A stretch of 64,000 nt of DNA from Camelus dromedarius. Lineage: Eukaryota. The notes below the pieces were generated by a model. The model did not search any database, was not told the DNA's origin, and was given only the letters and a program-made list of their open reading frames with translations. The stretch covers positions 2,666,001 to 2,730,000 of the forward strand of contig NC_087467.1 of the NCBI RefSeq assembly GCF_036321535.1, in the 5' to 3' direction. Shown piece after piece: positions 36,011 through 49,064 of this stretch (position 1 is the stretch's first letter; the number at the start of each line of letters is the position of its first letter). The translations under genes were made by a program, and so were the position numbers.

Positions 36011-36634
36011 TTAACAGATTCTGGTATTAGTTAAAGTTAACACACTCAACCAAAATCAATCCAGTCCTTAACAAGTTTTCCTGCAATAGAGTCAAAAATA
36101 TTAAAACCACTGATTCCTGTGAAAAAAGTAAAAAAAAAAATGAAAGAATGAATATATCATTCACCTAATTTATATAATAGCAACCTAATTGTTTTAAAGA
36201 TAAGCCAGCTTAGCTTAAATCGAGCAAAGAGGCTGGACATTACTCATATCTCTCTTTCAATTTCACAAGCTCTTCTGCCACAGCTATGCATACATCTGTG
36301 TGCACCCACAGTAAAGGAAAAATCTACATACACACACACACACTATAATATACGGTAAATCTGTATTAACATAAAAATCGATTGATGGCGAATTAAAAAA
36401 CAGCCTCTTTCTAACTGTGAAACTGCATTTGTACGTTTCAGGCTTTTTCTTATTTTTAAGACAAAATCTTTTCACCATGAAGATATGATTTAATTACCTA
36501 GAACCTATCAGAACATCTATTAAGGAAACATTCTCAAAAACAATGCAATGAATGCTTTCAAATCTCATCTGCCCCCTAACTAGCATAGCACATTTTAGGA
36601 AAAAGTAAACAGGAAGTGGTTTAAAATAGTGGGT

Positions 36635-36868
36635 TCAAAATTGTAGAATAGATAAACATTTTATACTGTACAGCACAGGGAAATATACACAAGATCTTAC
36701 GGTAGCTCACAGAGAAAAAAATGTGACAATGAATATATATATGTTCATGTATAACTGAAAAATTGTGCTGTACATTGGAATTTGACACAACACTGTAAAA
36801 TGATTACAAATCAATTAAATAAACAAACAAACAAACAAACAAACAAACAAACAAATAAATAAATAAAT
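36635..36868 (+). mobile_element. Young camelid-type L1 3' end with 12 bp TSD
   Basis: TSD aaaatagtgggt at 36623-36634 and 36869-36880, preceded by TT; tail evolved to (AAAC)n(AAAT)n. Confidence 0.95.
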
Positions 36869-37850
36869 AAAATAGTGGGTAATTTCATGGCACACTTGCC
36901 CCACTCACTGTCCATGCTATACACTTATTTTGAAATCTGGAGTTCGTACATGAGATATATTAGAAGAAAAAACATTTCCATTCGCATTGCTTTGAAATTT
37001 GTAGTTAAACTAAACAATCTGGGACTAATATATTAAATAATAAAATTATAAGTAATATTATTGTAAGGTAATACAATTATCTCTAAGTGACAAATTTAGC
37101 TTTATTATTCTATGTACAGACAGAAAACAGGATGACACTTTAAAAAAAAACTGTAATTACTTGGAATACAAGCAGCTGGTTCTTGGTCATCTTAAAAAAT
37201 AAAATAACAAAGCTTTGAATCTGTTTTGCATTGCCACGTTCTTCCATGCTTTGTTTTTAGCTTAGTCTGGCTCCAAGCATGTCGCAGATCCTACCACAAA
37301 TGCCTTGTTGAAGAATGTAATACCTTCATAGAGAACTCTAGTCATTCTTATAATCATTTTTTTCCCCTAAGTCTTTTTATGCCATCTTTTAATAATCTCT
37401 GTTGGACTTCCAGGTCAGTATTTTTCACAATTATCAGTGAGCAGGGTGAAAAATACTAAGCTCTGGAAAAAAAAATTCTAGTGGAGTATTTTCCCATTTC
37501 TGCTTTTCAGGCATCTTATCAATGCTCTGAGTTTTTCCCCCAAATTACTAATCTTGATTATTTATAAATTCGTTTGTTTCCCTATGATGTAATCCACTTG
37601 GTTTTGAGACTTTGGAATTATTTAAAGCAATCATCTATAACTCCCTTTCAAAGTTTCTGAGCTTTCAATTTCCTCTTCATTAAGCCTATCTTATCCTTTT
37701 AAATGTGAGGATCATTGTTTCTGTTGCCAATTGTTGATGCAAAACAGAGAGTTGTTTTGGTTCTTGCTCCTCTGTGTAAAAACCTTATTATGCCAACGAA
37801 TCCAAAGGTTATAAAAATTTATAGTCATGTGTTAAAAATATCCATGTTTT

Positions 37851-38261
37851 TGGATGCTCCTGGAGAATGTCATTCTAAGTGAAGTAAGCCAGAAATAGAA
37901 AGAAAAATACCATATGAGATCGCTCATATGTGGACTCTAAAAAACAAAAACAAAAACAAAAACAAACAAACAAAGCATAAATACAAAACAGAAACAGACT
38001 CATAGACATAGAATACAAACTTGTGGTTGCCAAGGGGGCGGCGTGTGGGAAGGGATAGACGGGATTTCAAAATTGTAGAATAGATAAACAAGATAATACT
38101 GTATAGCACAGGGAAATATATACAAGATCTCATGGTAGCTCACGGAGAAAAAAATGTGACAATGAATATATATATGTTCATGTATAACTGAAAAATTGTG
38201 CTCTACACTGGAATTTGACACAACATTGTAAAATGATTATAAATCAGTAAAAAATGTTAAA
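37851..38261 (+). mobile_element. Young camelid-type L1: ORF2 C-terminus plus full 3' UTR, with TSD
   Basis: Translates WMLLENVILSEVSQK*KEKYHMRSLICGL* (L1 ORF2 end with one internal stop); TSD aaaaa(t/a)atccatgtttt at 37834-37850 and 38262-38278. Confidence 0.95.
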
Positions 38262-38579
38262 AAAAAAATCCATGTTTTACTCCAAAGCCTGTGATTTAAT
38301 TATTCTGGCATTAGATTCAGGAATCTCTATTATCAACTACAATGTATTCACAAACTTGTGACTTGGAACCAACGTAAGAACCAGGATAACTCAGATATTA
38401 CAGGGCATTATTGAAAACTTTATGGAACAAGTGTAGTAACAAGGTAGCTCAGAGGACAGTTCACTGAAACAGGACCTGGTAGACTGTCATTCGCATCCTC
38501 TCCCTGCTGAAAACAAAGCATATCATCTAGCGAGCCTGGGAGTCTTCATTCTTAAAATTCTAGAATTGACCTAAATCAG

Positions 38580-39085
38580 TGTAGTGGACACTGTTGTTTG
38601 CCCAACACAATCCTACTCCCAATTTCCTTCTCCTTTGCTTGTCTTTACCAGAGAGAGTTTATTATTTGCTTTCCTGGCCTCCTCTTAATTTATCAGTGGC
38701 TCCACGTCCCTGCGTTGACCAACGGGACCTCAGAGAACCTCTATTGGAGAGATTCTTGGGGAGATGTTAGCTTTCCCAGGAAAAGGGAGCAGACTCCATT
38801 GCTTTCTCTTTCTCCTCTTTTCCTACCTTGAATGAGGACCCCACCTCTGGATTGCGGTCGCCATACTGAGATGAGTCAAAGCTTGAGGCAAAAGGTCACT
38901 AGGTTAGGTAGGAGAGTGGAAAAGTCGCATGTATCCGGAGCCCTGATGATATTTCTGTATTATGGGACCAATGTCAGTGGCCGGCTACTTCCAGACTCCT
39001 TGGATAAGAAAAGTAAATGCTTCCAGGATAGAGTTTTTGTCAGTTGCCTATTCTGTTTCTTGCAACCGGAAGTGTTCTTCAATCA
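38580..39085 (+). mobile_element. MaLR LTR (MLT1 group)
   Basis: Starts tgtagtggacactgttg, ends ...ctattctgtttcttgcaaccggaagtgttcttcaatca. Confidence 0.65.
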
Positions 39086-39216
39086 CTGTTTCTCAAACTG
39101 GACTGTTTATAGGGTAACTGTTCAAAATACAGTGCTCTGGGTCTGTGCTTTAGAGATTCCAGTATAGTGGTTTGGGATGAGAACCAGCATCTGTGCTTTT
39201 AGCAAATATTCTAGGT
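39084..39216 (+). mobile_element. MER5A-like hAT-Charlie fragment
   Basis: cactgtttctcaaact...tcaaaatacagtgctctggg...catctgtgcttttagcaa. Confidence 0.6.
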
Positions 39217-39348
39217 CAGTGTTTCTCAGACTTTTACATGATGAAATATGTTTGGTAACTGAAACATTGTCAACTATCTAGAAATTTGGCTCTCTTCTTC
39301 ACTTCATGTTTGTCAAAGAAGCCCTAAGACTTAAAAATACAGAGCTAA

Positions 39349-39407
39349 CCACTGGAATTTGACACAACATTGTAAAATGACTATGACTCAATTAAAAAAT
39401 GTTTAAA
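39349..39407 (+). mobile_element. Ultra-short young L1 3' end (~60 bp) with 16 bp TSD
   Basis: cactggaatttgacacaacattgtaaaatgactatgactcaattaaaaaatgtttaaa between TSD aaaaatacagagctaa at 39333-39348 and 39408-39423. Confidence 0.93.
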
Positions 39408-41689
39408 AAAAATACAGAGCTAAGAATTTTTTCACAGGTGCTTGTCACTTCCTTCCCCACTCTGGTGTCTGGGTCCTTGCCATCTTGACTCACTCTCTCC
39501 CAACACCATCCATCACCCTCCCCATTTATTCCCTTGCAGTCTTTCCTCTTGCGTGCTGGAATTCTCACTTTCCCTGGAATATTCACCCCTCATGTGTCAC
39601 TTTCTCACTCTACAATTCCCCTTCAATCCTTCTGTTCCTCTTTATCCTATGATTGACTCTCCCCAAGAAGCCATTTGCGATCCCCTATGATGAAGAAGAA
39701 TTCCCTATAAAAATAAATTATATTGTGCTGTGTTTGGGAGATAAACTTGAGGGGGTAAACAGCTGTACACGGCAGCTCTGTGCAAATAAGTTTCAAGCAA
39801 AATCCAACCAGCTGCTCAGCATGAACCCTCTGAGAGCTGAGATCAGCTGTTGTACTATCCAACCGTTGCTCGACAGAAAGCCAGGCTTGCTGGGAGAGAA
39901 ATGGAAGAAGAGCATCACCAGGTGATCAAAGCCAGGATAACAGGTGAGATGGGTACCGTTCAAAGAAGAAGGCTACAACGATCATCCTTCTTTACTGACA
40001 TTGGCGTATTTCATCAGGAGCAAACCAAAATGACTTTAGGAACATGTTGTTTAAAAAAGGACATTGATGCCAGCGTTGCTGAGACCTCTTGATGCATATA
40101 CACCTTCCCTTTTTGTATAAAACACCAGAGGTTGATGGGAGAAATTAAAATCACCCCCAACCTCTTCAAGACGTTATAGCCATAGACGTTTCTGCTTATA
40201 CGTCTTTAAACTCAACTTGGAGGTTCCTGAGGTTTCACCTTCTTCCTGTAAGTTTTTTTAAGATGACAAGTAATCTGTATTTGATGAAAAAGGTCATAAA
40301 TATCAAAGATTGATTTGGAACTTAATGGTTTTCTAGTCCCACCTTTTCAATGCTCCTTTCAGCACTTTTCTTGCTCAAATCCCCATCCACTCTGTACTCA
40401 GTGACCTCCAGGGAAAGAAAACTCCTGCCTCTAAAAGCAGTCATCTGAAGGAGTATCTTTGACAGATTTCCTTGTGTGGAGCTAAAATTAGCCTTTTTAA
40501 AAGGCCCACCAGGTTTCTTGTGGTCAAACAGAATAAGGGGACCTTTGTCAATTGTTTGAAGCAAACTAATCTTCATGATACACTCAGTCTTCCTTAGTCC
40601 AAGCTAAACTTTGCCAGTTCCTTTACCTGAATATCCTGTCATGAATTCAGTTCCTTCCAGCATCCATCCTTTGGACACGTTCCAGCTTATCTCTCTTAAA
40701 CTTTAAGGCTCAGAACTATGTGAAATATGTAAATTGATGCCAGAGAAGTAAAGGAGAGGACATGTTACTCCACTGCATCTCTAACTAAGCCTAGATGTGC
40801 AAAGCTGAATATTGGCGCAAACTTCTAGGTGCTAACAGTAGACCTGTTAAATTTTACCTCATTATATTCAGCTCCTAAATTCAGGCTTCCGTGGACCCCA
40901 ATTCTGTCATACAACATACTTTCTACCCTTCCATATTCAAGCCATCAAAAAAAATCGCAGAATCATTGTTCTCTATCAATTTCTGCATTAAACTTCCAAA
41001 CTTTATTAAACTAAGTCACCATCATAAAAAATGCATATCAAAACATCACTTTAGCCTTTCCTTGGCTCACCCCATGACCCTGTATCAGGACTTCCCAGGT
41101 TACTTTGTAAAGGTATCATTTAACCACCTCTGGCTGGCTTTCACTGGTAAAGAGATACCTACGTGTTGAACACACATGTTTTTGTTAAGAACACTATTAG
41201 AGCATTGCTTGTTATGTTGAACAAGGTCTCCCCACATAAAGTTTGTTCTTTTCAAATGATTCTCTGAATTAAGGACAAAAAAAAAAAAAAAAAGGAAAAA
41301 AATTAATCACAAAATGAAAGCTATATATTTCATGAAAGTTCCTCATTTGCATCATCAGTAGAAGGTTCAGAATACGATTTGTAGTAATGACTTATAAACT
41401 TTCATTTATGTGAATATTTTGATAGTATTTTCATTTATATAATGCTTTATTATTTTGATTTTACCTTTTTTGATATAGTTGTATTGGTTGTTCGTTAGAT
41501 TTTAAACCAAATAAAATGAAGTAGTTAATTGGTATAATTATTAAATAAGAGAGGATTAAGAACAGAAATCACCCCTATGTTTCCATAATCATTCTTGTAG
41601 GTTAATTTTAATCCTTTAGTATTCTTTTGATATCTACAGTCAAGTGGTTACTTATCCCGTATATTTAGCACAATGTAGTCAATTCTTTT

Positions 41690-42180
41690 AAATGAAATGT
41701 TGAAACTCACAATCTTTCCCCATCTCACACTAACTCCACAGATCTCTCCAAGCCAGTTTTCTTCTTAATAACGTCACTAAGCTATACTTGTCAAGATCGC
41801 CAGCGGTTCCCGTATGATTAAACCCAATCGTTACTTCTCAATTTACATCCCACCTAACTTCCTTACAGTGTGCAAGCTCTTTATTGTCTTAGGCAGCATT
41901 CAGTGGGGATCCCCTTTGCTTGAGATGGGTTTCTTCTCCTAGTTTCACCTGCTCCTTAGTGTAATTTAAATCTCAACTCATTATACCCTAACTAGCTCAT
42001 GGATTTTTTTCATCAAAAAAACTTATGAATATTTGATTTTTTGGGGGGCACTGTCTCTAAATTACATATTTCATGACACTGAGAGCTTGCCTGTGTTTTT
42101 ACTTGTGTATTCTCAGTACTCCAAATAGCCACTGGCATATAAGGGACACTCAATAAATACATTCTGGATGAAGTAATAAA
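41690..42180 (+). mobile_element. L2 fragments including 3' end
   Basis: Ends ...tgtattctcagtactccaaatagccactggcatataagggacactcaataaatacattctggatgaa. Confidence 0.6.
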
Positions 42181-42399
42181 TCAGAGTTTTGACTTTACCA
42201 AAAAAGCTTCAAATGAATCTTACACAGAATATATAGCATTTACATACTGCTTGCTTTTTCTGTATAGCAAAAAAAAAAAAGTCAAGGATGTCCAATTATC
42301 CAGTTATGATGATGAATGTACAGAGTCAAATAAAGCAGCTCAGTTAAAAATGATGTTAGAGCTTTCAGCATCAGTATATAGCCTGGTTAATATATTTGA

Positions 42400-42990
42400 A
42401 TAATGTTTTACAGCTTTCAAAATTTGTTCCCATGTATCAACTCATTTGAATCTAACATTACCATGGTAAAATAACCAGAGTAATATTATGATCTTGATTT
42501 TTCAGATGAAAAACAAACAAAAACAATGAAACAATAGTTGGAAAGGTTAAATTATTTTCCAAGAATGTCTCATGGTTTAGACCTGCCTTTTGTATATTTG
42601 CAATTATTCCAAGAAAATCCAGATATCTCCATCTTAAATTTGATCATGGTGTTAAACTAGCTATATGATTTGGGTGAGTCAGCACTATTCACTGAGCTTC
42701 AGTTGAATTATTTATAAAACTGGTACTAAACAGCCATCCTCATCAATTTTTTTTTTAAGATTATGAACTCATTTGTCATATAAGAAAATTAATATGAAAT
42801 ATTTTTGACAAATTGAAAAAACCAAAGAATCACATAATTTCAGATAGAAGAAACCTTATCAATCAATATATGAAGTCTCTTATTATTTATAAAAGGGAAC
42901 TGAGGTCCAGAATTGTTAAGTGAGTTTCCGGGGACTCTGAGTCACTCTGGAGAGAAGATGGGACCAAATTCTGGGAGTGGCCTTTTCCCA
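42400..42990. mobile_element. Three adjacent MIR fragments (about 42400-42560 minus, 42630-42790 plus, 42850-42990 minus)
   Basis: ttttcagatgaaaaac, ctagctatatgatttgggtgagtca and gggaactgaggtccagaattgttaagtga MIR cores. Confidence 0.6.
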
Positions 42991-43024
42991 CCACATCACT
43001 TTGCTCTTTATTCAAACAAAAGTC

Positions 43025-43032
43025 TGACGTCA
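43025..43032. promoter_or_regulatory. Full CRE palindrome TGACGTCA
   Basis: Exact motif, the only full CRE I noticed; function untested. Confidence 0.3.
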
Positions 43033-45761
43033 CATTAACATTCCTTTTACCTCAAGGATAGATATTATCAATAATATTTTGATACAATAAAAATACATAA
43101 GCATTATATGAGAATGGTAGAATTCAGATTGATTATCACAATGTGAGTAGACCGAGTTCACAGTCCCTTTTCAGAGCAAGTTCAATATTCCTCAAATTAA
43201 GAACTTCTGATCATTTCCGTATAGTTGGAAAAAGCCAACATCAAATAAAATTAAGCTCCTCGCATGCTAAAGAATTAAAATTGTAATAAGATGGCATTAA
43301 TACACATAATGGAAGGGAGAGAAACAAATGCAAAACTAACACATTTCAATTTGAAATGTCGCATACGAGGGGTATATATTCTCTAGCTGGGTTAAAGCTA
43401 AAACTCCAGTAGGCTAACTGGCTAGTCTGAATTAGATCTGACCTCTTCCGCTTTCCAGACAAGAATCCCTTTCGTGCCTCAATATTCAGCCCAACACCTA
43501 AACCATAAATCCCAAATCTTTATTTTCCATCAGTTTTCTCCCCTCATGACCATGTGGGCTCACTTGTTCTTAGCTGTTTGCTAAAATATGAAGTAGCAGA
43601 ATTCACTATTGCTTAGGAGGATTTTTTATTCTCAACAAGTATGTTAATTTTTTTAATATATATGTGCCAACAGAGATGGGCCGTGCTTGTGTTTGCTTTA
43701 GTCGATTGTTACTCTACATTTATTATGATTTTCTTGACATTTGCTGAGAGCTACCAATAATTTCAGTATTTGCTCCTTGGAATATAGCAAAGAAATGAAA
43801 TTCAGAGGCTGCTGATCCAATGGAGTGATGCCCTCTGAAACCACAATATTTGAGTCAACTATATAATTTCCACAGAACTGGAAATGTCTCACAAATGTGT
43901 GAGGCAGGTGATTATCCAACAGATGGAGAGAAAAAGGAGGTGGAGGATGGTGGGGTCACATCTAAGATTGTCCTCAGAAAGCTTGGCATGGCAGTGGTTA
44001 AGATGAGCAAAGAATAAAGGGAGATTTGGGAAAGAATAGAACTCTGTTCTATTCTACTTCTGAGTTGATTCCTTAGTGTCTTTTTAGACAATTCTCCTGA
44101 TTACACAAATGATGAAGGCCTGTTGGACCAGACTTGGCGACAGGTCTTGAGTATGGGAGGCGCATTGGTTCCCCATGAACTTGGAAGCTATATTTGAGCC
44201 CTCTCTGTCTCAGATCCCAAAAAATTGACAGGGAAAACCGACAAGACTCGATAAAAGTGAAGCTTGTAACAAAGCAATACGTGAGCAAAGCAAAGTGTTT
44301 TCTCATCAGAAAGAGAAAGAGGTGAATGTCAGATATCTCAGAACAAGTGAGTGGTAGTGGCATCTTAGGGGGTGGGAATGGAGAGAATTGACGGCCCCAA
44401 AGACTATGGGTGCTAAGAAGAGGTCAGAATCACCACGTGGGCAACCATGGGGGAGCAGGTTGATGAAGGAAGATTTTTTTTTTTGACCAGGAGGCCAAAA
44501 ATGAAAGGTTAGCTTAAGATAAGAAAGGAAGGATGGTAGTAGTAGAGAAAATGGATATGTCTGGTCACGTTGGAGGACTGCACCCAATCCCACCACGTGA
44601 GCACTGCTGTCAGAGAGTCAGAGGTTCATATACTGATAAAGTGACCTCAGTGCCATGGCAGCCCAGGGGGACAGCAGAACCGGGGCAGTGAGCTATCCTG
44701 CCCTGCCCTGCCCGTTCCGTCTGCTGCTTTGGGGGCTCTGAGAAGTTGTTATGAAGAGGAAAATGTTCAGTCCCAGCCTTTGCCGGTTAAGATATTGATT
44801 CCAGTTATTGTGGGGTCAATTACTAAGGAGGATTTATCTATGACCCATAGGCATGCTCTTTTCCAGACATGTAAATTTGCTTTCCCAAAGTTAGCTTAGA
44901 ATAGGCTATTTCGCAACTGTTTTCTTGTATTTTATTGTGGCAAAAATAAATAGCAGATTATGATGCAATTTTAAATTCCAAGAAAACCAACTTAATCATA
45001 TAATTTTGTCATCTGTTCCCCTTACTTGTGTCAAAACACTTTCTAAGAATGGCCATCTTCAAGGAGAGGCCCAGATGGCTTCTGGGAAATGGATACATTT
45101 GAAGGGCTCCTGACAACTGAGTCATGTATAATGTTGGGAAAGGATGGAAGCCTGTTTCTTTGGGAAATGTGCCTGGAGGAAAATACCTTTATTCGCTTCC
45201 TTTTTCTCTTGAGCAGAAAGCTCAGAAACTCTTTCATACTCCCTTGGTCAAATAGAATAAAGACAGGTACTTTTTCTATGACTAGGTTTTGACTAATAGA
45301 CAGTAAGGCAAGCGTACCCTTGTGTGGAGCACTGCTTAATTTTCTTTGCACTTCAGCTAGAGGGGACCCATAGCTCAGGGCCAGCATGGAGGTAGTTGCA
45401 ATAAAAGTAGGAGCTATAAGCCATTTGTTCTTCTGTGCTGGAAATTTAACTGTAAAGGTAACTGTGGGAACATGCTCAAATTTCATAAACAGAAGTAAGG
45501 CTTAAATATTAAGGAATCTTGGACAAATGAGGAATTGTCTTTGCTTCTCACAAGTGTACACTTCCCATCTTCTAGAACAGTTACTGACATAATATTATAT
45601 TACAGCTGTCACGTAAATCTTGTAATGTGAAATAATTACACACATAAATTTGTTTAGGAGTCAAAGTCCTGTCCAACACACACAAACACACACATGCACA
45701 CACACACACACGACAAATTGAAGTCTTTCAGGAAGAGGGTATGTCTTCCAGCTCTTTGGCT

Positions 45762-46245
45762 GCTTTCATTCACTTATGCATTTATTTATTTAAACAGATA
45801 ATTTTGAATGCCTCTGATATGTTATAACTATAAGCACTGTAACTAGGTCCTTAGTACACAAAATAAATCATTATCAGCCCACAGAGAGACTGCAGTTTGT
45901 GGAGAAAATAAACAAGGAAATAACCAAAGGATGGATAAGGGCTCCAATGAGGAAGCCGTGGGATCCTATACAAGTGCCCAGCAGAGATACCGAGCTTGGT
46001 TCTAGGCCCTCAGAGAAGATTTCCTGAGAGACATGATATGGGAAACTGAAGTCGGAAGAGAAGTTATTCAAGTGGAGATTTGAGGGAGAAATATTCCAGA
46101 AAGATGTAACATCATGGGTGATGGCTGCTCACCAAGGAAGAGTATGGTCTCTGACAGGGTCTTAGACAAAGACAGTGTGGTTGGAGTGTAGAAATCAGGT
46201 GGGGAAAAGAGGAGGGAAAGATGGATCAGAGAGGAAATTTAGGGG
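45762..46245 (-). mobile_element. L2 3' region
   Basis: tcattcacttatgcatttatttatttaaacag...tgaatgcctctgatatg is the reverse L2 terminus, followed by a purine-rich L2 body. Confidence 0.65.
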
Positions 46246-46299
46246 AAGTGTAATCTCAGTTTTACAATCCTTGTAAGAGAGGATAAGGAGCCGTGACTT

Positions 46300-46450
46300 T
46301 ATCTTAGACCGTGTGACATCTGACTCTACCACTTTCTAACAATTCATGAGAACTCGGATACGTTATTCAACCATTTGTGTCTATTTCCTCTACTCCAAAA
46401 TGGATCAGATAATCTAAATGACACATTTTTTTCACATGACTGTGTCAGGA
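46300..46450 (+). mobile_element. MIR SINE fragment
   Basis: tctgactctaccactttctaac...tatttcctctactccaaaatgg. Confidence 0.6.
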
Positions 46451-48249
46451 TTTGCTCTCAGTGCCTCTGCCCTCAAATGCACCAAGGCTCTGTATAGCAT
46501 ACTACAGTTCTTTGACTTATGAGTAAATTAAATTATACATTTTTTTCAATATCCTTAATATATAAAATGTGGGTACACTTGTATCTTTACCTTTGTCCAA
46601 AAAATGATGATTAAAACCTTTACTTTAGGGAGGAAAGTCTTAGGGGAAATATAACTTTTTCAAATATGTGAAATCCTGTCGTTTTAAGATATAATGAGAT
46701 TTTACTGCCCCAGAAGGCATAAGCAGGTTATATAGCTCAAATTTACAAGTAAGAAGATTTCAACTCAACTGAAGTTTTGAATAATTTGTAATATTCTCAA
46801 GTGCAGTAAGGTACTTCAAAGATAATGAACTTCCCACCATGGGAAGTGTCTAAATGGGGGCTCTATGACCATCTGTACAATATATAATAGGGAGATGGGA
46901 ATTTGGAATAGATGACCCTTATGGTAGGCAGATAGTGGCATTACTTCCTTGATTACGTTTTTCTCAGAGTTTGCTTTTTCCCACAATTTCAGCTGAGTGA
47001 TCAAAAGACCACATTATTGTCTCTATTTCCTGTGACCACCACCTAAAAACACATTTAGATCACAAATGACTGAACAAAAGTACCCAAATGTATTAATCAG
47101 CTTCTACGTTAAGAAAGTGAATTAATAGACTCTTATCACATGATGGGTCATTCTCAAACAGAAAGTCCCTGTGACATTAGAACTACATTGCAACATGATA
47201 CTAAATGGTACCAAACCCAGGCAAAGTTAGAAGAGGACAGAGAAACCATAGATAAACAGAAAAAAATGATGTTTTTCACTTCAGAGGTAAGCAGAGAATG
47301 GCACAGTCATGCAACAGACTTCCAAGCAGCCCCATGAGAGACTGGGAGAAACTTTATTTCCTGATATCACGAATTTTTATCATATTCAATTCATTTTTAA
47401 GACCTGGCCGATTATAGAAGAAAGCTTAATTTAGAAGTTGGTGCAGAGTAAATTGAAAACTAAAGAGGCATAAGTCATAATACTCATATAGTGTTTATTC
47501 CTTTCACATCTGCTATTCCTTACCCTTAAGCCTGAAAAAATAAAGGAAGGGGAGGAAGGAAGGGAAAAGAGAGAAAGAAAAGGACTTATAGGCGTAATCC
47601 GTTGCATTGTGAAGAGATGGAGAATATTCTATTTGCAGGAGGTATTTGGAGCACATGAAGGTCCTTTAGAGGTAGACGGGAGACTTTCCAAGATTTGCTC
47701 TTCTTGGATTGGTTTAGCCACTGCTTTTGTCTTCTCCTTTGAGCTTGGTTTTGCCATGGGCATTGACGGTCAGACCATAGTCCTGTCATCTCATGCCCAT
47801 GAGGACTCCCTTCCTGCCCTGTTAGCATTTTACTCTCCAACATTGACAGACGGTTCTTGTTTATTTCTACAGATAGTTCCCTCTGGTGTGCAAAGCACAT
47901 ATTATAATAAACTAATAACAACAAAACCTATTGTTTAAGCAATTTTTTTCCTGTGGTTGGGGGCACAGGAACTGGTCCTCAAATATCAAAATAAATATCT
48001 TTTTCTTGCTCGCATACTCCTATACTTGCTTTTTCTAGTTTATTGCTTATGTGGTCCACCTATATTTAATTTCCCACTTTTCTATGTCAGTGAGCTTAAA
48101 TTCTAAGTCCTCTAAATATATGTATAATTGAAAGTTTCATTCCTTACAAAAAAACTTTCCCTAATTGAAAAGTCTAAACATTCAGAAATTTAACCTAGAA
48201 ACTTTTGGCATTGAAAAAGTAATTTGATGTTTAACAATGCCTGAATAAT

Positions 48250-48490
48250 AATAATAACATCTTACACTTACATAGTGCTTTAAATTTTAAACAGTAAATT
48301 CTTAGAAACCACTGTCTCATTATTGACAAGTATAATTAGAGGCTACTTTTATAAGTAAAGTCCTATGATTTTGGTCGATAGACAATCATAGAAGATTAAG
48401 ACTCAAGTAGTTCAAGTTCATTATTAGAGTTGAGGAAGCTGAGATACCAAAATGTCACCATATACACTGTAAGTGAAACGTTGATGTGGT
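48250..48490 (-). mobile_element. MIR SINE fragment
   Basis: ataataataacatcttacacttacatagtgcttt...gaggaagctgagatacc. Confidence 0.55.
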
Positions 48491-48762
48491 GGAAATATAT
48501 CAACAAAATAAAGACACAAAGATTTTTACTTTAGTCCACATTACATTTTGATTAAATCACAATGAGTGGATGTTGTTTTAATGATTTGAATTCCTGGATA
48601 AAACTGGTTCATTTGCTGGGGGTACTTTTTAGAGACAATTTCTGTGAACAGCCTGGACCTGCTTCCAAAACCGTCCAATATCCCTGGTCTTGCCGTTCCT
48701 TGCCTGGGCTCTGAGTCACTATCCATGGTGCTGTCATGGTAGCCTCCTTCCTCCACACCCCC

Positions 48763-49064
48763 TTTTTTTTTCTTTGAAGCACATTCAGTTTACAATGTGT
48801 TAATTTCTGATGTACAGCACAATGTTTCAGCCATACATGAATATACATATATTCATTTTCATATTCTTTTTCACTGTGAGCTACTACAAGATATTGACTA
48901 TAGTAGTAGAGTCAGTTTATAATGTTGTGTCAATTTCTGGTATACAGCATAATACTTCAGTTACATAGGAACATACATATATTCATCTTCATATTCTTTT
49001 TTCACCATAGATTACTACAAGATATTGAATATAGTTCCCTGTGCTATGCAGTATAACCTTGTTG
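48763..49064 (-). mobile_element. L1 3' end present as a head-to-tail tandem dimer
   Basis: Two ~140-160 bp copies of cagttta(c/t)aatg...ctacaagatattga(c/a)tatagt; flanking 16 bp direct repeat tggtagcctc(c/g)ttcct at 48737-48752 and 49065-49080. Confidence 0.85.

Noticed and set aside
45043-45486. 147 aa minus-strand ORF
   Set aside because: No recognisable homology or splice context
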